DNA of 64,000 nucleotides, from assembly GCA_964016885.1 (NCBI GenBank), contig OZ024742.1, positions 57,536,001 through 57,600,000 on the forward strand, given 5' to 3'. Source of the DNA: Eledone cirrhosa (Eukaryota). This document shows positions 13,044 through 25,538 of the stretch, piece by piece. How positions within the stretch are numbered: the first letter of the stretch is position 1; each line of letters begins with the position of its first letter. The translations under genes and the position numbers were made by a program. Under the pieces are notes generated by a model that was not told the origin of the DNA, did no database searches, and saw nothing but the letters and a program-made list of their open reading frames with translations.

Positions 13044-14961
13044 TCACTCACCCTTCGTCTCCTGGGGACCAGGCCGCACGATTTCCATGGGGGTGTTGGA
13101 GGGGTTGTCTGGATGGGTGGTGGTTTCCGGCGGGGTGGGGACGGAGATGTTTGGTGGGGTGGGGTCTGGTGGCATGGGGGTGTCTAGGGTGGGGAGACAT
13201 TTGAGAAGGACGCGGTTAAGTGGTTTCACGCAGGAATTCCCCACATCCTTCTCAAATGTTTCTTTTAGGGACCTATAAGTTTCTATAGGGACCCTAATCA
13301 GTTTTAGGTTCAGTTTTTTGTTATTTTAAATAGAGTGGGCGAAAGTTTTCCCTTCGGTTTTCACCGAAGGGTCGTTCGTGATGGTCTCCATTAGTGTTTT
13401 GTTTTCAGTGTTTATGTAAGTGTAAGTGTAATTTTCTTGTGTTGTGTTTGTTTTTGTCTGTAGTTCTTGTGTGTGCTTTCGTTTTGTTGTAGGTATTTTG
13501 TTTTCAGGAGGTGGGGGTTTTGTTTGTGATGTTTTTGTTGTTTGCGTTGGTGGTTGTATGTTTGTGGTAGTGTTTGCTGGTTTTTTGCTTTTGTGATGTC
13601 TTTTCTTTCTTTTCGAGCGATGGGGTTCTCCCTCGTCTTCACTGGGTGATGGCGAGATAGCCTCATCTGTTGTATCGTCTGTGTGATTGGGGATGGGTAT
13701 GTCTTGGGGAGCTGTTGTGTCTGTATGTAATTTTGCAGTGGTTTTAGGTGGAGTGGGGTTGGGTGGGACTGTGTTTGTTGTGGTTATTTTTGTGTGTTGG
13801 TGTTGTTGTTGTTGTGGTGGTGTTGGTGGTTGTGTTGTTTTGATGGGTGTCGGCAGAAGAGCCTTTTTTTACTCATTAATTTAGGACAGGAAGCCCTCAG
13901 GTGACCCCTGCTAAAGCAATGGTAACATGAAGGCCGCCTACCCTCAACCGAAAAGTTTATGTAGGTGAGTCCGTCCAGGAGTACACGTTGTGGGATCATA
14001 GCTATTCGCTCTGGGCTCATTTGCACCAGAACTTGAATGCTAGTCCCATTGAATACATCTCTGGGGGACTTTCCTACTGACAGTATTCTGTCTTCATCAA
14101 AATTGATGAAGCCGCACAGTATCCACCATATGTTCACCTTTGGTGTGACACTCGTGATTTTGATCTTTTGTGTCCTTTTTCCCATGTATGTAGGGAAAAA
14201 GGTGTACAGGTTGGATACAATTGGCGACACAGAGTAATTTGGGGCCGTCAATTGATCCTTCATGAGTACCGAAATACTCCCAAAAAGTTTGCTTCTTTGA
14301 ATGAATGCAACATCATTCATTGAATTTTTGAAAACCAGTTCAATTTCTTTCTGTGACAATTGGACTGGTTTTCGGGTAGAATTGGACACTGTCCTAAAAA
14401 CTATTGTTTTGAGAGCACTTTCCTTGCGAATTTCTACCGGAGAATTGATGCTGAAAGCACCATTTTTTCGAAAGTGACATATCTCCTAGCGTCCTTTAAA
14501 AGTTGTTCGGCATTTGTTATGTCGAGATATATCAGTTCCTCCTTTTTCTGAACTGTCTGTGCAAAGAAGATTTTTGGTTTCTTTGTGGAATTATCCGTGT
14601 TGGTGGTGTTGTCATTATTGTTGTTATTCTTGTTGTCACCGATGTTGATATTATTCGTATTTTCCTTGGTGTTGGTGTTGGTGTTGTTGTTGTCTTTGAT
14701 GCTGGTGTTATTGGTGTTGTCTTTATTTTTTTCTTTGTTGTTGTTATCATTGTTGTTTTTATCATCATTATTGGTGTTGCTGTTATTTTTGTTGTCATTG
14801 AACTGTTTGGTGTCATTTGTGTTGTTTGGATATGAATTTGTTTTTACATTTTCATTTTGTCTTTCCATCTCTATAGTATCTATTGAGAAGGAAAGGGAAG
14901 AAGACGATGTTGACTGCCAGCTCTGTAGTCTTACCGACTCTCCACCACCATTATCGTTCAT
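13044..14961 (-). pseudogene. Copy A ORF1 (gag-like, zinc knuckle), fragmented
   Basis: CYHCFSRGHLRASC (CX2CX4HX4C); YMGKRTQ and EGRRP shared with copies B and C. Confidence 0.9.
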
Positions 14962-15180
14962 AACGTAATCAAACTTATAATATTTTTTTTCAAGAATTCG
15001 ATGGAGAAAAAATTTTTCAAACGAATATTTCGCCCCTGTAGGGGCGAAAATGAGTTGACCCACCACCTGAAGGTCCAGACGGGAGGTCAAGTTACACAAT
15101 AATATAAAATTTAACTGAAAACTCACGTTTTTTTTCTTACATAAATTAACGGAAACTTCTCCGCGAAGTTACACACGTCT

Positions 15181-15212
15181 GATAGAGAGAGAGAGAGAGA
15201 GAGAGATAGATA
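15181..15212. repeat. GATA-(GA)n-GATA spacer between copies A and B
   Basis: Direct reading. Confidence 0.95.
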
Positions 15213-15476
15213 ATTTTCTTTTAATTTGCCACCAGGGCATCAAAAAGTGGGACAAGTACAATAGGGGGAGTTTACATAACAAGGCGTCCTCAATAAGGTG
15301 GAGGCAATAACAAGATATAAAATAATATACAACATAACAAAATAAATTTTATAACAAAATCCTCAATAGGGAGGAGGTACCTTGGGGGGTCGCACACACC
15401 CCCGAAAAAAAGTGTGCAACTCTTCTCCTCAGGAGCACAGAGACGGGGTGCTCCCTTGATCTTTCATCTTCCTCAC

Positions 15477-17764
15477 CTATAGTCTGATGTAGAGTGAAGG
15501 CCCATTCACACGGGCCATTCTCGCCACTTTCACCCATCTTTCATAAAAACGGCTGGGGTGCACCTCTCTCTCCATCCTGATCCTTCTTCCGAAATGATAT
15601 CGGAAGAAACGGACCAGTTGTTGGCCAGAGAGAAAGGTGTCTGACCTCAGTCCTTTCAGACGCGTCCACCATACAACCTTTTTCGCCATGGCTATTACGC
15701 ACAGAAACACCGCCTCTCCTTCGTTTTTGAAGAGGGGAGGCGGCTTGATCGTTACAATAGACTCGGTGGTCAACCGGATCGGTCCCACCCTTGACAGCAG
15801 TTGTTCGACATAGCCCCACAGATCGGCAATGCCCGAGCAGTGTACCAATGCGTGTGCAACGGTTTCCTCGTCGCACACGCATCTGGGACAGATCTTTTTC
15901 GAGGGGTCTCTACCCGGGCGCCCGTGTCTGTAAGGCCTTTCTCGAACGGGCAGAGCCCCTCGGTAGCACTGCCAGGCCAGGGACTTCTGGAAGTTATCCA
16001 TGGGTTCCGGGTCGAATGTCCTACCGAACAGGTTGGCCAGTTCGTCTTCCTCCATGCCTAGGGCTTCTCCGAGGGCGTCGTCGCACCTGCTAACCACCAG
16101 CCCTCTATAGAATGACGAGGTGGATTCTCCACTGGCAGCCGGGTCCGCCTGCCAGAGAGCCGTGAGCGCCTGGCCAAAATCTTTAACTCTGTGTTTAGCA
16201 GGGTTATGGGCCGAAAATTATTTATACTATCCCCCTTGTTCTCGTCCTTCCTCACCAGCGTGACTACGCCCTTGGCTACAGAACAAGGAATTCTCCCGTT
16301 CTGCTGCCAATTGCAGTAGACCACTTCGAGGAGTTCGGAGAAGAAGACCGGCATTGCTAAATAAAGTTCGTAAGGTATACCATCGAGACCTGGAGATTTG
16401 CGTCTGCTGCATTGGCTCAGCGCATCTCCGATCTCATCAGCCGAGATTGGTCCCTCGCAGGATTCTGCCTCTTCGCTCGAGAGACGCGGCAGGCCGTCGA
16501 GGTATGGACCGAAATCCACGCCCCCGCCCGGACCCTCGCCTCCCCCGAACAATCGGGCAAAGTGCCTTTGAAAGGCCTCGCACATCTGCTTAGGCTCCCG
16601 GATCACCCGTCCATCTTCGTCTTGCAACGACCGGATTGTGGATCGATTTCCACTCTTAGCTTCTGTCACGCGGGCCCAGCCAACGGCTTTGGCCCCCTCA
16701 TTACCTAGAGCACGTATTTTACTTCGAATGACGCAGCCTTCGTGCTTTGCATCGAAAAACTGGTTCAAGGCCGTCCTCGATGCCAGCACTCTGGCCACAT
16801 CTTCGCTCTTGATTGCCTCTTCTAATTTACCTGTTAATTCTTTCTCGTTTCTATTCCTATCGGCAGCTAACATCTTGCTATAACTTATTGATTCTGTTCT
16901 AATCTCTCTTTTGAGAGATGCCCACCATCGGTTGTTGACGATTGCACCCGTCAACCTCTCCTTAACTAATCTGCTAATCCGGTTTCTCTAAGTCTCTTTT
17001 GCCGGTAAAGACAAATTAAGTTTCCAGTAACCGGGACCCTGTTTATGTGTTTTCTCGAGATTGACTACGCAGGTCACTAATTTGTGGTCCGTGTAGCCAA
17101 CCGTGCGCATTTCTGGACAGCTTAATATGTCCCTATCCTTACTTCTAACTAAGAATCTATCTAAGTACGATCTAGATTGACCACTATGGTTTCTCCAAGT
17201 CCAGGTAGGCACAGTTGGAAAATCTAGTCGATATCGATCGACCAAGTTAAAACGGTCGAGTAACTCCTTGAGGCTGTTACACCCCCCTCTATTAGGACAT
17301 GCTCCTGCATAGTCCCAACGTGCATCTAGGATGTCATTCCAATCCCCCGCTAGAAGCAGGGAACGCGATGTTCCCAGAAAAGTCTCCAAACGCTGGAAGA
17401 AGTCGGGCCGTTCAGCTCCGAAAGGGGAGTAGACGGCGACCAGTCTCAAGGCCGCACTTTCACTACTGCCAACGTCTAGCACCAACAAACGACCCTCCGG
17501 GTCCGAGTGCACAACCTGTACGGCAAGACCCAGGTGTTTTTGCAGCAGTACGACAACCCCACCCCCACTTCCAGGTTGACAGAGAGATGCATGCACCTCA
17601 AAGTCATCGAAGGTGGGGGCCAGCTGCCGCACGACGCTGATTCGAGTCTCACAGATAACCATTACATTTATACTACATGACCTGAGGTCATTTAGAAGCT
17701 TTGCTTGCTTCCAAGTTGAGCCCAGGCCACGTGCATTCAAACATCCTACTCTTAACACATCCAT
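15477..17764 (-). pseudogene. Copy B ORF2 (APE domain retained, RT core deleted)
   Basis: VGCLNARGL, VICETR, GDWN, TDH; C-terminal CPRC..ETVAHALVHC; no YADD segment. Confidence 0.92.
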
Positions 17765-17797
17765 GTGGGCGGCAGAGCCAAAGGAGAGTGTAGAGGC

Positions 17798-19669
17798 CTA
17801 CCTTTCCGCTTCCCGGGGTTCGGGTTGCACGACTTCCATGGGGTCGGGGGTGTTGCGTGAAGGGGTGTCTTGTGGTGGTGTGGGGTCGTCAGTGTGTGGT
17901 GGGGTTGGGGTGTTTGCAGTTGTGTTGGGGAGGGGAAGGGGAGGGGGAAAGCTTTTTAGTAGGACGCGGTTTATGGGTTTGACAGAAGGTGGTCCTACGT
18001 CCTCCTTAAAATCCTTTTTTAGTTTTTGGTAGAGGTTCATTGGGATCTTTATTAATTTTAAATGTGAGTAGTTTTCTGAAGAAACAAAGTTTACACCTTC
18101 GGTTTGTACCGAAGGATTATTGTATATGAGTTCATTTAATTTATTATTGTTTCTGTTGATGTAAGTATAGTGTAATGTCTTTTTTTCGGATGGTGTGAGT
18201 GTTTCGAAGAGGGGAGGGGCAGGTTTGGTTTTGTTTGTTGCTGGAGGGGTGTTTTCTGTTTTGTTGGATTGTGTTGAGATTTGGGTGGGGTTTGTTTGGC
18301 CTTGTGTGTTTTGCACATGTTTTCTTTTTTTCCTTTTAATCTGTCTGAAGGACTCCGTTTCTTCCTCCGAATTCGTTGGGTTATCTTCAGTGTTGGAGGG
18401 AAGAGGTATGTTTGCTGGTAATGTTTCCGTGTTGGTTTTCTTTGTGGGGGAGATGGATGTCACTATGTTAGACTGTGTTGTGTGTTGTGTCTGCGGTGGT
18501 TGTGTTGTTTTATTGAGTGAGAGGTTGGGTGGGCCTGTATTTTGTTTTGGGGTAATGTGTTGTGGTGGTGGTGTGGTTTTACTGAGGGACGGGTTGGGTG
18601 GGACTGAGTTTTGTTGGTGGAGGAGCTGGTGTTGGTAGCAGGGTTTTCTTTTTGTTGAGTTGGGGACAAGCGGCCTTCAGGTGCCCTCTGCCTGCACAGA
18701 TATGGCAGGACGGCCTTCTCCCCTCCACGCTAATGTTCATATACCCGTGGTCCTCTAATAGGATTCTGTCGGGTATTTGGGCGATGCGTTCAGGCTTCAT
18801 TTGCACTACCAGCTCTATACCTGTTCCACTGAACGCATTGCCTGTGGTTTTCCCAATGGAAATCACGTTGTCATTCACTGGATCGATGAAGCCAGCTATG
18901 AGCCAGCAGTAGTCCACATCTGGCATCATTGCATCCAGCCATATGCGTTGAGTTCTTTTACCCATATAAGATGGATAAAAGGTAAAATTTTTCGAACGAA
19001 TCGGTGACAAAGCACATTTTTTTGCCGCCGATTCGTTCTTCATGATAATTGCTAGGCTTCCATACAGTCTGTCTTTTCTTATGAAAGTGGTTTCATTAAG
19101 TACTTCTGTGAGTACTGTTTTGATATCTGCTTGAGAAGGCTGTTCAGGTTTTTTTGTACTGTTGTTGATGGTCCGAAACTCGACCGTTCGGCTTTCAATG
19201 TCTTTGGTGAATTCTTGAGGCATTTTTACCAATAAAATACCATTCTCTCCTTCACTTATGTATTGTTTGGCGTCTGTGATCCTTCGTGCCACATCTGAAA
19301 TATTTTCCGGTATATAAGTCAAAGATTTCTTTGTTTTCTGTGCAAATGAAATCTTGTCGTCTGCTTTGCTTTCTGTTATGGTGTTATTTTCAAATGTTAT
19401 TTTTGTGTTTGTTGTGTCTTTGTTTGTGTTATTAGTATTGTCATGCAATTTTTCAAATTTTTTTTTCTCGTTGTTGGAATCCATGTTCAGATTTTTTTTT
19501 TTCGTCATTTTTCGTCATTTTTTTTCTCCGCAGATTCGTCTGTTTTTATTTTAATTTTTCCTTCCTTCTCTATGACGTTAGTTGGGAAGGAAGGGGGGAC
19601 TAAAGCGTGCGAGCTTACAACTCTTACCGCTGTCCCCCCACCACTATTTTCGTTCGCTGCGTTTAACAT
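17798..19669 (-). pseudogene. Copy B ORF1, frameshifted
   Basis: CHICAGRGHLKAAC knuckle; KDRLYGS, YPSYMGKRTQ; Pro/Thr linker; conserved C-terminal block. Confidence 0.9.
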
Positions 19670-19898
19670 TTCTGTTAGACGATTGAAATTTTTTTTTGCC
19701 ACAAAATTTTTTAAAACAGGTTTTTCACCTCTAGGAGGGGTAAAGATGAGCTGACCCACCGCCTGACAGTTCAGACGGGGGGTCAAGCTACACAATTGTA
19801 TCAAAATTAAGTTTGAACTCACAAAATTTCCTCAATAAATTTGAACAAAACTTCTGCGCGAAGTGAATTACATCCACACTGTAGAACAGACGACAGCT

Positions 19899-19962
19899 AG
19901 ATTATTATAGATATATAGATAGATAGACAGATAGATAGATAGATAGACAGATATATATATAG

Positions 19963-20027
<65 letters not shown>
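19899..20027. repeat. (GATA)n microsatellite between copies B and C
   Basis: Direct reading. Confidence 0.97.
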
Positions 20028-20028
<1 letters not shown>

Positions 20029-20259
20029 ATTTCTATTTATTTGCCACGAGGGCACAAAAGAAGGGGACATTTACACAGTGGGGGAGTTTACATAAATCGA
20101 GTAAAGAAAAAAGGAATAACAATAATAATATAACAATAAAAAGTCCTCAAAAGGGAGGGGGCGTGTTGGGGATTGCACATACCCCCGAAAAGTGTGCAAC
20201 TCTTTTCGCGGGGGAAGCCCAGAGAGGAGGCGCTCCCCCTTTCCTCTTCACTTTTTCAC

Positions 20260-23200
20260 CTACAGAACAATGTAGAGAGAAGGCCCATTTACACGGGTCA
20301 TTCTCGCTTCTTTCACCCACCTTTCATAAAACTGTCTGGGGCCAAGCACTTCTCTCTCCATCCTGATCCTTCTTCCGAAGTGGTATCGGAAGAAGTAAAC
20401 CAGGTGATGGCCGGAGAGAAAGTCACCCGACCTCAGACCTTTCAGGCGCGTCCACCACACAACCTCTTTCATCATGGCTATTACGCACAGAAAGACCACC
20501 TCTGCTTCATTTCTGAAGGGAGGAGGCGGCTTGATGTTCACCACAGACTCGACGGTTAATCGAATCGGCGCCACACGCGACAGCAGTCGTTCGACGTAGG
20601 CCCACAGATCGGCAACGCCCGGGCAGTGTACCAGTGCATGCGCAACGGTTTCCTCGTCGCGCACGCATCTGGGACAGATCTTTTTCGCGGGATCCCTGCC
20701 CGGGCGCCCGTGTCTGTAGAGCTTTTCTCGAACGGGCAGAGCCCCCCGGTAACACTGCCAGGCTAGGGACCTCTGGAAGTTGTCCATGGGTCCCGGGCCG
20801 AAAGTTCTACCGAACAGGCTGGCCAGTTCGTCCTCCTCCATGCCTAGCGACTCTCCAAGGGTGTCGTCGCCCTTGCTAGCCACCAACCCTCTATAGAATG
20901 TCGAGGTGGATTCTCCACTGATAGTCGGGTCCGCTTGCCAGATAGCCGTGAGCGCCTGGGCACACTCGGTGTGCCAGTTGCCCAGTTTTCTCGGTCTTTG
21001 CTTCACCCAGGATTGCAGTTCGGTGAGCGAGACGAGCTGTGGGAAGGCTCGCCTCACAAACGGGGCCCACACCGGCTGACCGTTGAGGAATACCTGTAGA
21101 TGCCGTAGCCTCAATGCGTGCCTACGCATCAACAGCCACGGCATACCCAGCCCTCCTTTCGAAGGGTGCTGGCAGCAGATCGATCTCCTCACCATGGGAG
21201 GCCGTTTCTTCCAGATGAACTGGAAGAGCATGCGTTCCATGATGGTGAGCTTTTCCTTGGGGCAAGGCACGACGGTCAGGCGGTAGTAGATGACGGACGC
21301 TATGTAAGCGTTCGTCACCTCCGCCCGACCTTTCAGTGATAGTTTGCACTTGGCCCACTTCTGGGTCAGCGCAAACACCCTGCTCGTCACCTCGCCCCAA
21401 TTCTTCTCCACCTGGAGGTCCGGTCCGAACCAGACCCCGAGCAGCTTCACCGGGCCCTCCGTCCACCGCCCGACGACACCGTCTAACGGCATCGGTTTGC
21501 CCCTCCACGTTCCGAGTTGCAAACCGACTGACTTGTCCCGGTTCAGCCTAGCCCCCGTCAGCCTTTCGTATTCCTCCAGTAGGGAGGCGATCGCCCCGAT
21601 TTCCGACGCGTCCGCCACCATTACTGTTACGTCGTCGGCAAAGGCCGAGACCGCTTTGTGCAATCCCGGTTCCAGGGGTATGCCCCGCAGCAACTCCAAC
21701 TTCCGCAGCAGTGGCTCGAGAGTCAATACGTACAGAAGGGAGGAGAGGGGGCACCCCTGTCTGATGGACCGGGTGATTTGAAACGGCTCCGAGAGGTAGC
21801 CGTTTACTTTAATCCTAGAGTAGATGTTGCCACTGTGCATGGCAGAAATCCAGCCCCTGAAAACGGGTCCGAAGCTCGCCGCCGCTAGCACCGCATCCAG
21901 GTAACCATGGTCGACCCTATCGAACGCCTTAGATTGATCCAAGTTGATCAGGGCCCCACCAAAGCCGGGTTCGTTGCCAACCCTCTCTACGATGTATCGC
22001 ATGAGGTGGAGGTTGTCGTGAATGGACCTGGACGGGATAGCGCATGTCTGCGCGTCTCCCACCAAACCACCCACCACAAGCGCCAACCTCTTCGCCAACA
22101 CCTTGGCCAAAATCTGTAACTCTGCATTTAGCAGAGTTATGGGCCTAAAGTTACTTAAGTCGTCCCCTTTGCTCTCGTCCTTCCTCACTAGCGTGACCAC
22201 GCCCTTGGTCACAGAACAGGGAATTCTCCCGTTCTGTTGCCAGTTGCAATAGACAGCCTCGAGGAGTTCGGAGAACAAGACCGGCATAGCTAAATAAAGT
22301 TCGTATGGTAGACCATCGAGACCCGGAGATTTGCGTCTGCTGCATTGGCTGAGCGCTTCCCCGATTTCAGTGGCTGTGATTGGCCTTTCGCAGCACTCCG
22401 CTTCGCCTCTCGAAAGACGCGGTAGACCGTCGAGGTATGGACCGAAGTCCACATCCCCGTCCGGCCCCCCGCCCCCTCCGAACAGTCGAACAAAGTGCCT
22501 TTGAAAGGCCTCGCACATCCGCTCAGGTTCAAGGATCACCCGTCCATCCTGGTCTCGCAAAGACCGAATGGTGGATTTAATCCCACTCTTGGCTTCTGTC
22601 ACGTGGGCCCAGCTAACAGCTTTGGTCCCCTCGTTTCCTAAAGCACGTATTTTACTTCGGACAACGCAGCCTTCGTGCTTCGCGTCAAAGAACTGGCTCA
22701 ACGCCGTTCTCGCCGCTAACACTCTGGCCACGTCTCCGCTCCTAATCGCCTCTTCTAGTTTATCTGTTAACTCCCTTTCCTTCCTATTTCTATTTGCCGC
22801 TAGTTCCTTACTGTAACCTATCGAACTTACTCTAATCTCTCTCTTTAGAGATACCCACCACCTGCTGTTGACGATCGCTCCCGTCAACCGCATCTTAACT
22901 AAGCTACTAATCCGGTTCCTGTAATCTTTCTTTGCCGGCAAGGACAAGTTCATCTTCCAGTAACCGGGACCCTGTCTATGCGTTCTATCAAGGTTGACCA
23001 CGCAGGTCACTAATTTGTGATCTGAATAGCCAACCATGATCAGTTCTGGACAATTAAATACGTCCCTATCCTTACTCCTAACCAAAAACCTATCTAGGTA
23101 CGATGTAGATTGTCCACTGCGGTTTGCCCAGGTCCAGGATGGCGCAGTTGGACAATCTAGTCGAAATCTATCGACCAGGTCGAATCGATCGAGTAACCCC

Positions 23201-23692
23201 TTGAGGCTGCTACACCCCCCTCTATCGGGACATGCCCCTGCATAGTCCCAACGCGCATCTAGGATTCCATTCCAGTCCCCCACTAAAAGCAGGGAACGCG
23301 ACGTTCCTAGAAAAGTCTCCAGACGCTGGAAGAAGTCGGCTCTTTCCGCCCCGAAGGGGGCATAAAGACCGACCAGTCTGAAAGCCCCGCCTTCACCGCC
23401 TCCGACGTCCAGCACCAGTAATCGACCCCCCGGGTCCGAGTGAACAATCTGTACGTCGAGAGCCAGACGTTTATCCAGCAGTACGGCAACTCCCCCCCCC
23501 CCCGCCTCCGGGTTGACAGAGAGATGCGTGCATCTCAAAGTCATCGAAGGCGGACGCCAGCTGTCTCACGCTGCTGATCCGACTCTTGCAAACAACCATC
23601 ACATCTATACTTTGTGACCTGAGATCACTTAGAAGCTTTGCTTGCTTCCAAGCTGAGCCCAGGCCACGCGCGTTCAAACAGCCAACTCTCAA
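20260..23692 (-). CDS. Copy C ORF2 polyprotein (APE-RT-CCHC), one frameshift at the C run near 23492-23503
   Basis: 1094-codon ORF plus the upstream frame MRVGCLNARGL; AFADD, QGCPLS, KAFDRV, SDH, CPRC..HALVHC. Confidence 0.92.
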
Positions 23693-23697
23693 TTGAT

Positions 23698-25538
23698 CTA
23701 TTTTGGTGTTGAAAGTGAAGAAAGAAAAGCACCTACCTCTCCGGGTTGTGTAATTTCCATGGCATTAGGTGTGTTGGGTGGAGGGATGTTTTGTGGTGGT
23801 GTGGGGGTACCCGTGTGTGGTGGGGTTGGGGTATTTGGAGTTGTGTCAGGGAGAGGGGCGGTTATGGGGAAATCTTTCAAGAGGACGCGATTTAACGGTT
23901 TTAAACAGGGGGGGGGGGGGCTCACGTCCCGTCTAAATTGTTCTTTTAAGGAACGATAAAGGTCCAGAGGGACCTTTATCATTTTTAAATGGGTGAAGTT
24001 CTCTGTTGAGATAAAGTTTGGCCCTTCGGTCTGCACCATAGGGTTATTGTTTATTAATTTAACCAGTTTTTTGTTTTCTTTATTTATATATGTGTATTGC
24101 AACGTCTTTTTTTGTGATGCTGTCAATGTTTCGGAGAGGGGAGGCGCAGATTTATTTTTGTTTGTTGAGGGTGGGGTGTTTTTGATTGGAGTTGGTGTTT
24201 GTGTGTGGGTTATTTGTGGTGTGCTGGGTGTGTGTTTTCTTTTTTTTCTTTTAACTTGTCTGAAGGCTTCTCCTCCTTCTTCTTCAGAAGTTGGGGGAAA
24301 CTCTTCAGCGCTAGGTGGGAGGGACGTGTTGTGTGGTTGTTGTTTTTTTTGCGGGAGGGGTAGATTTGTTACTGTTTTTTTTATTATTTGTTTGGAATGG
24401 GTTTTGTGGTGGTGGTGGTAATGTTTGTGTCGTGCTTGTGGTTGGTGATGGTGGTGGTGATGTTTGTGTTGTGGTTGGTGGTGGTGATTTTTGTGTCGTG
24501 CTTGTGTTTGGTGCTGGTGGTGGTGATGTTTGTGTTGTGTTTGTGGTTGGTGGTGTCTGTATTTTGTTTGCTGTGTGTGGTATTAGTGTATTTTTGGAGG
24601 TGGGTGGTGTTGGTGTACTGTTTGTGGTGGGTGTGAGCAATAGTCCTTTTTGGGGGATACGTTTCGGGCAGTTAGCCTTAACGTGTCCCCTTTCCGTGCA
24701 TAAATAGCATGCTGGTCTTCTCCCCTCTACAATTATATCTATTGGGGTAAGGTCATCCAGCCAGATGCGATCCGGGATTTGTGCTATTCTTTCGGGCCTC
24801 ATTTGGACTAGTATGTCGAGGCCCATTCCCAGGAACGCATCTCCAGTTGCCTTCCCCATTGACAGCATTGTGTCTTCGCCCATGTCTATGAAGCCAGCAA
24901 TAGCCCACCAGAAGTCCATTGTGGGCAGCATTGTTTTTACTTTTACTCTCTGTGTTCTTCTACCCATGTAGGAGGGATAGAAGCTGTATGTTGTCGATGA
25001 GAGTGGGCTTAGGGAAAGCTTCTCCGCCGTTTCCTTGTCTTTTGTTAAGACCGAAATGCTGCCATAGAGTCGGTCCTTTCGTATGAAGAGAATATTCTTC
25101 ATATAGTCTTTTAGGACCAACTCTATTTCCATTTGGCTGGGCTGTGCTGGCTTTCTTGTTTGGTTCAATATAGTTCTGAAGAGAACTGTGCTCTCTGTTC
25201 TGGCTTTCTTGAATTCTGGGGGGGGGAGTTAATGGAAAACATTCCGTTCTCCCCCAAGACTATTTGTTTTTTCGCTTCGGCCAGTTTTTCTCTGGCGGCA
25301 GTTAAGTCAATTGGTGTGTATGTTATGGATTGTTTTGTTTTCTGGGCGAAAGTTGCCCTGTTGTTATTTGTATTATTTTCTGTTTGTTTGTTTTCCGTTT
25401 GCTCATTTTCCTTAACATTTGTTTTTTCATTTTCCTTGTTTGTTTCGTTGTCTAATTTTGTTGTAATTATTTTTTGTTCTTCAGACTTGGGGGGGCGTGG
25501 CAGAGCTAATGGCAGACATGTCTGCCATCTTTTCCACC
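23698..25538 (-). pseudogene. Copy C ORF1, interrupted
   Basis: CYLCTERGHVKANC knuckle; RKDRLYGS, YPSYMGRRTQ; split across three ORF pieces. Confidence 0.9.

Larger units (their letters stand above)
9335..15180 (-). mobile_element. Tx1-clade non-LTR retrotransposon, copy A (near full length, decayed)
   Basis: 5' UTR, ORF1 with CCHC knuckle, ORF2 with APE-RT-zinc finger, 3' UTR with AATAAA; bounded by GATA/GA-type repeats. Confidence 0.95.
15213..19898 (-). mobile_element. Tx1-clade LINE, copy B, with most of RT deleted
   Basis: Same architecture as A and C; ORF2 jumps from NTELKILA (early RT) straight to the post-RT region at 16171. Confidence 0.95.

Noticed and set aside
14962-15126. Apparent conserved N-terminal extension or ORF0 (..VGQLIF..) in copies A and B
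   Set aside because: Starts at a GTG that is the GTGAGT motif, is absent from copy C, and the similarity is explained by the conserved RNA hairpins.
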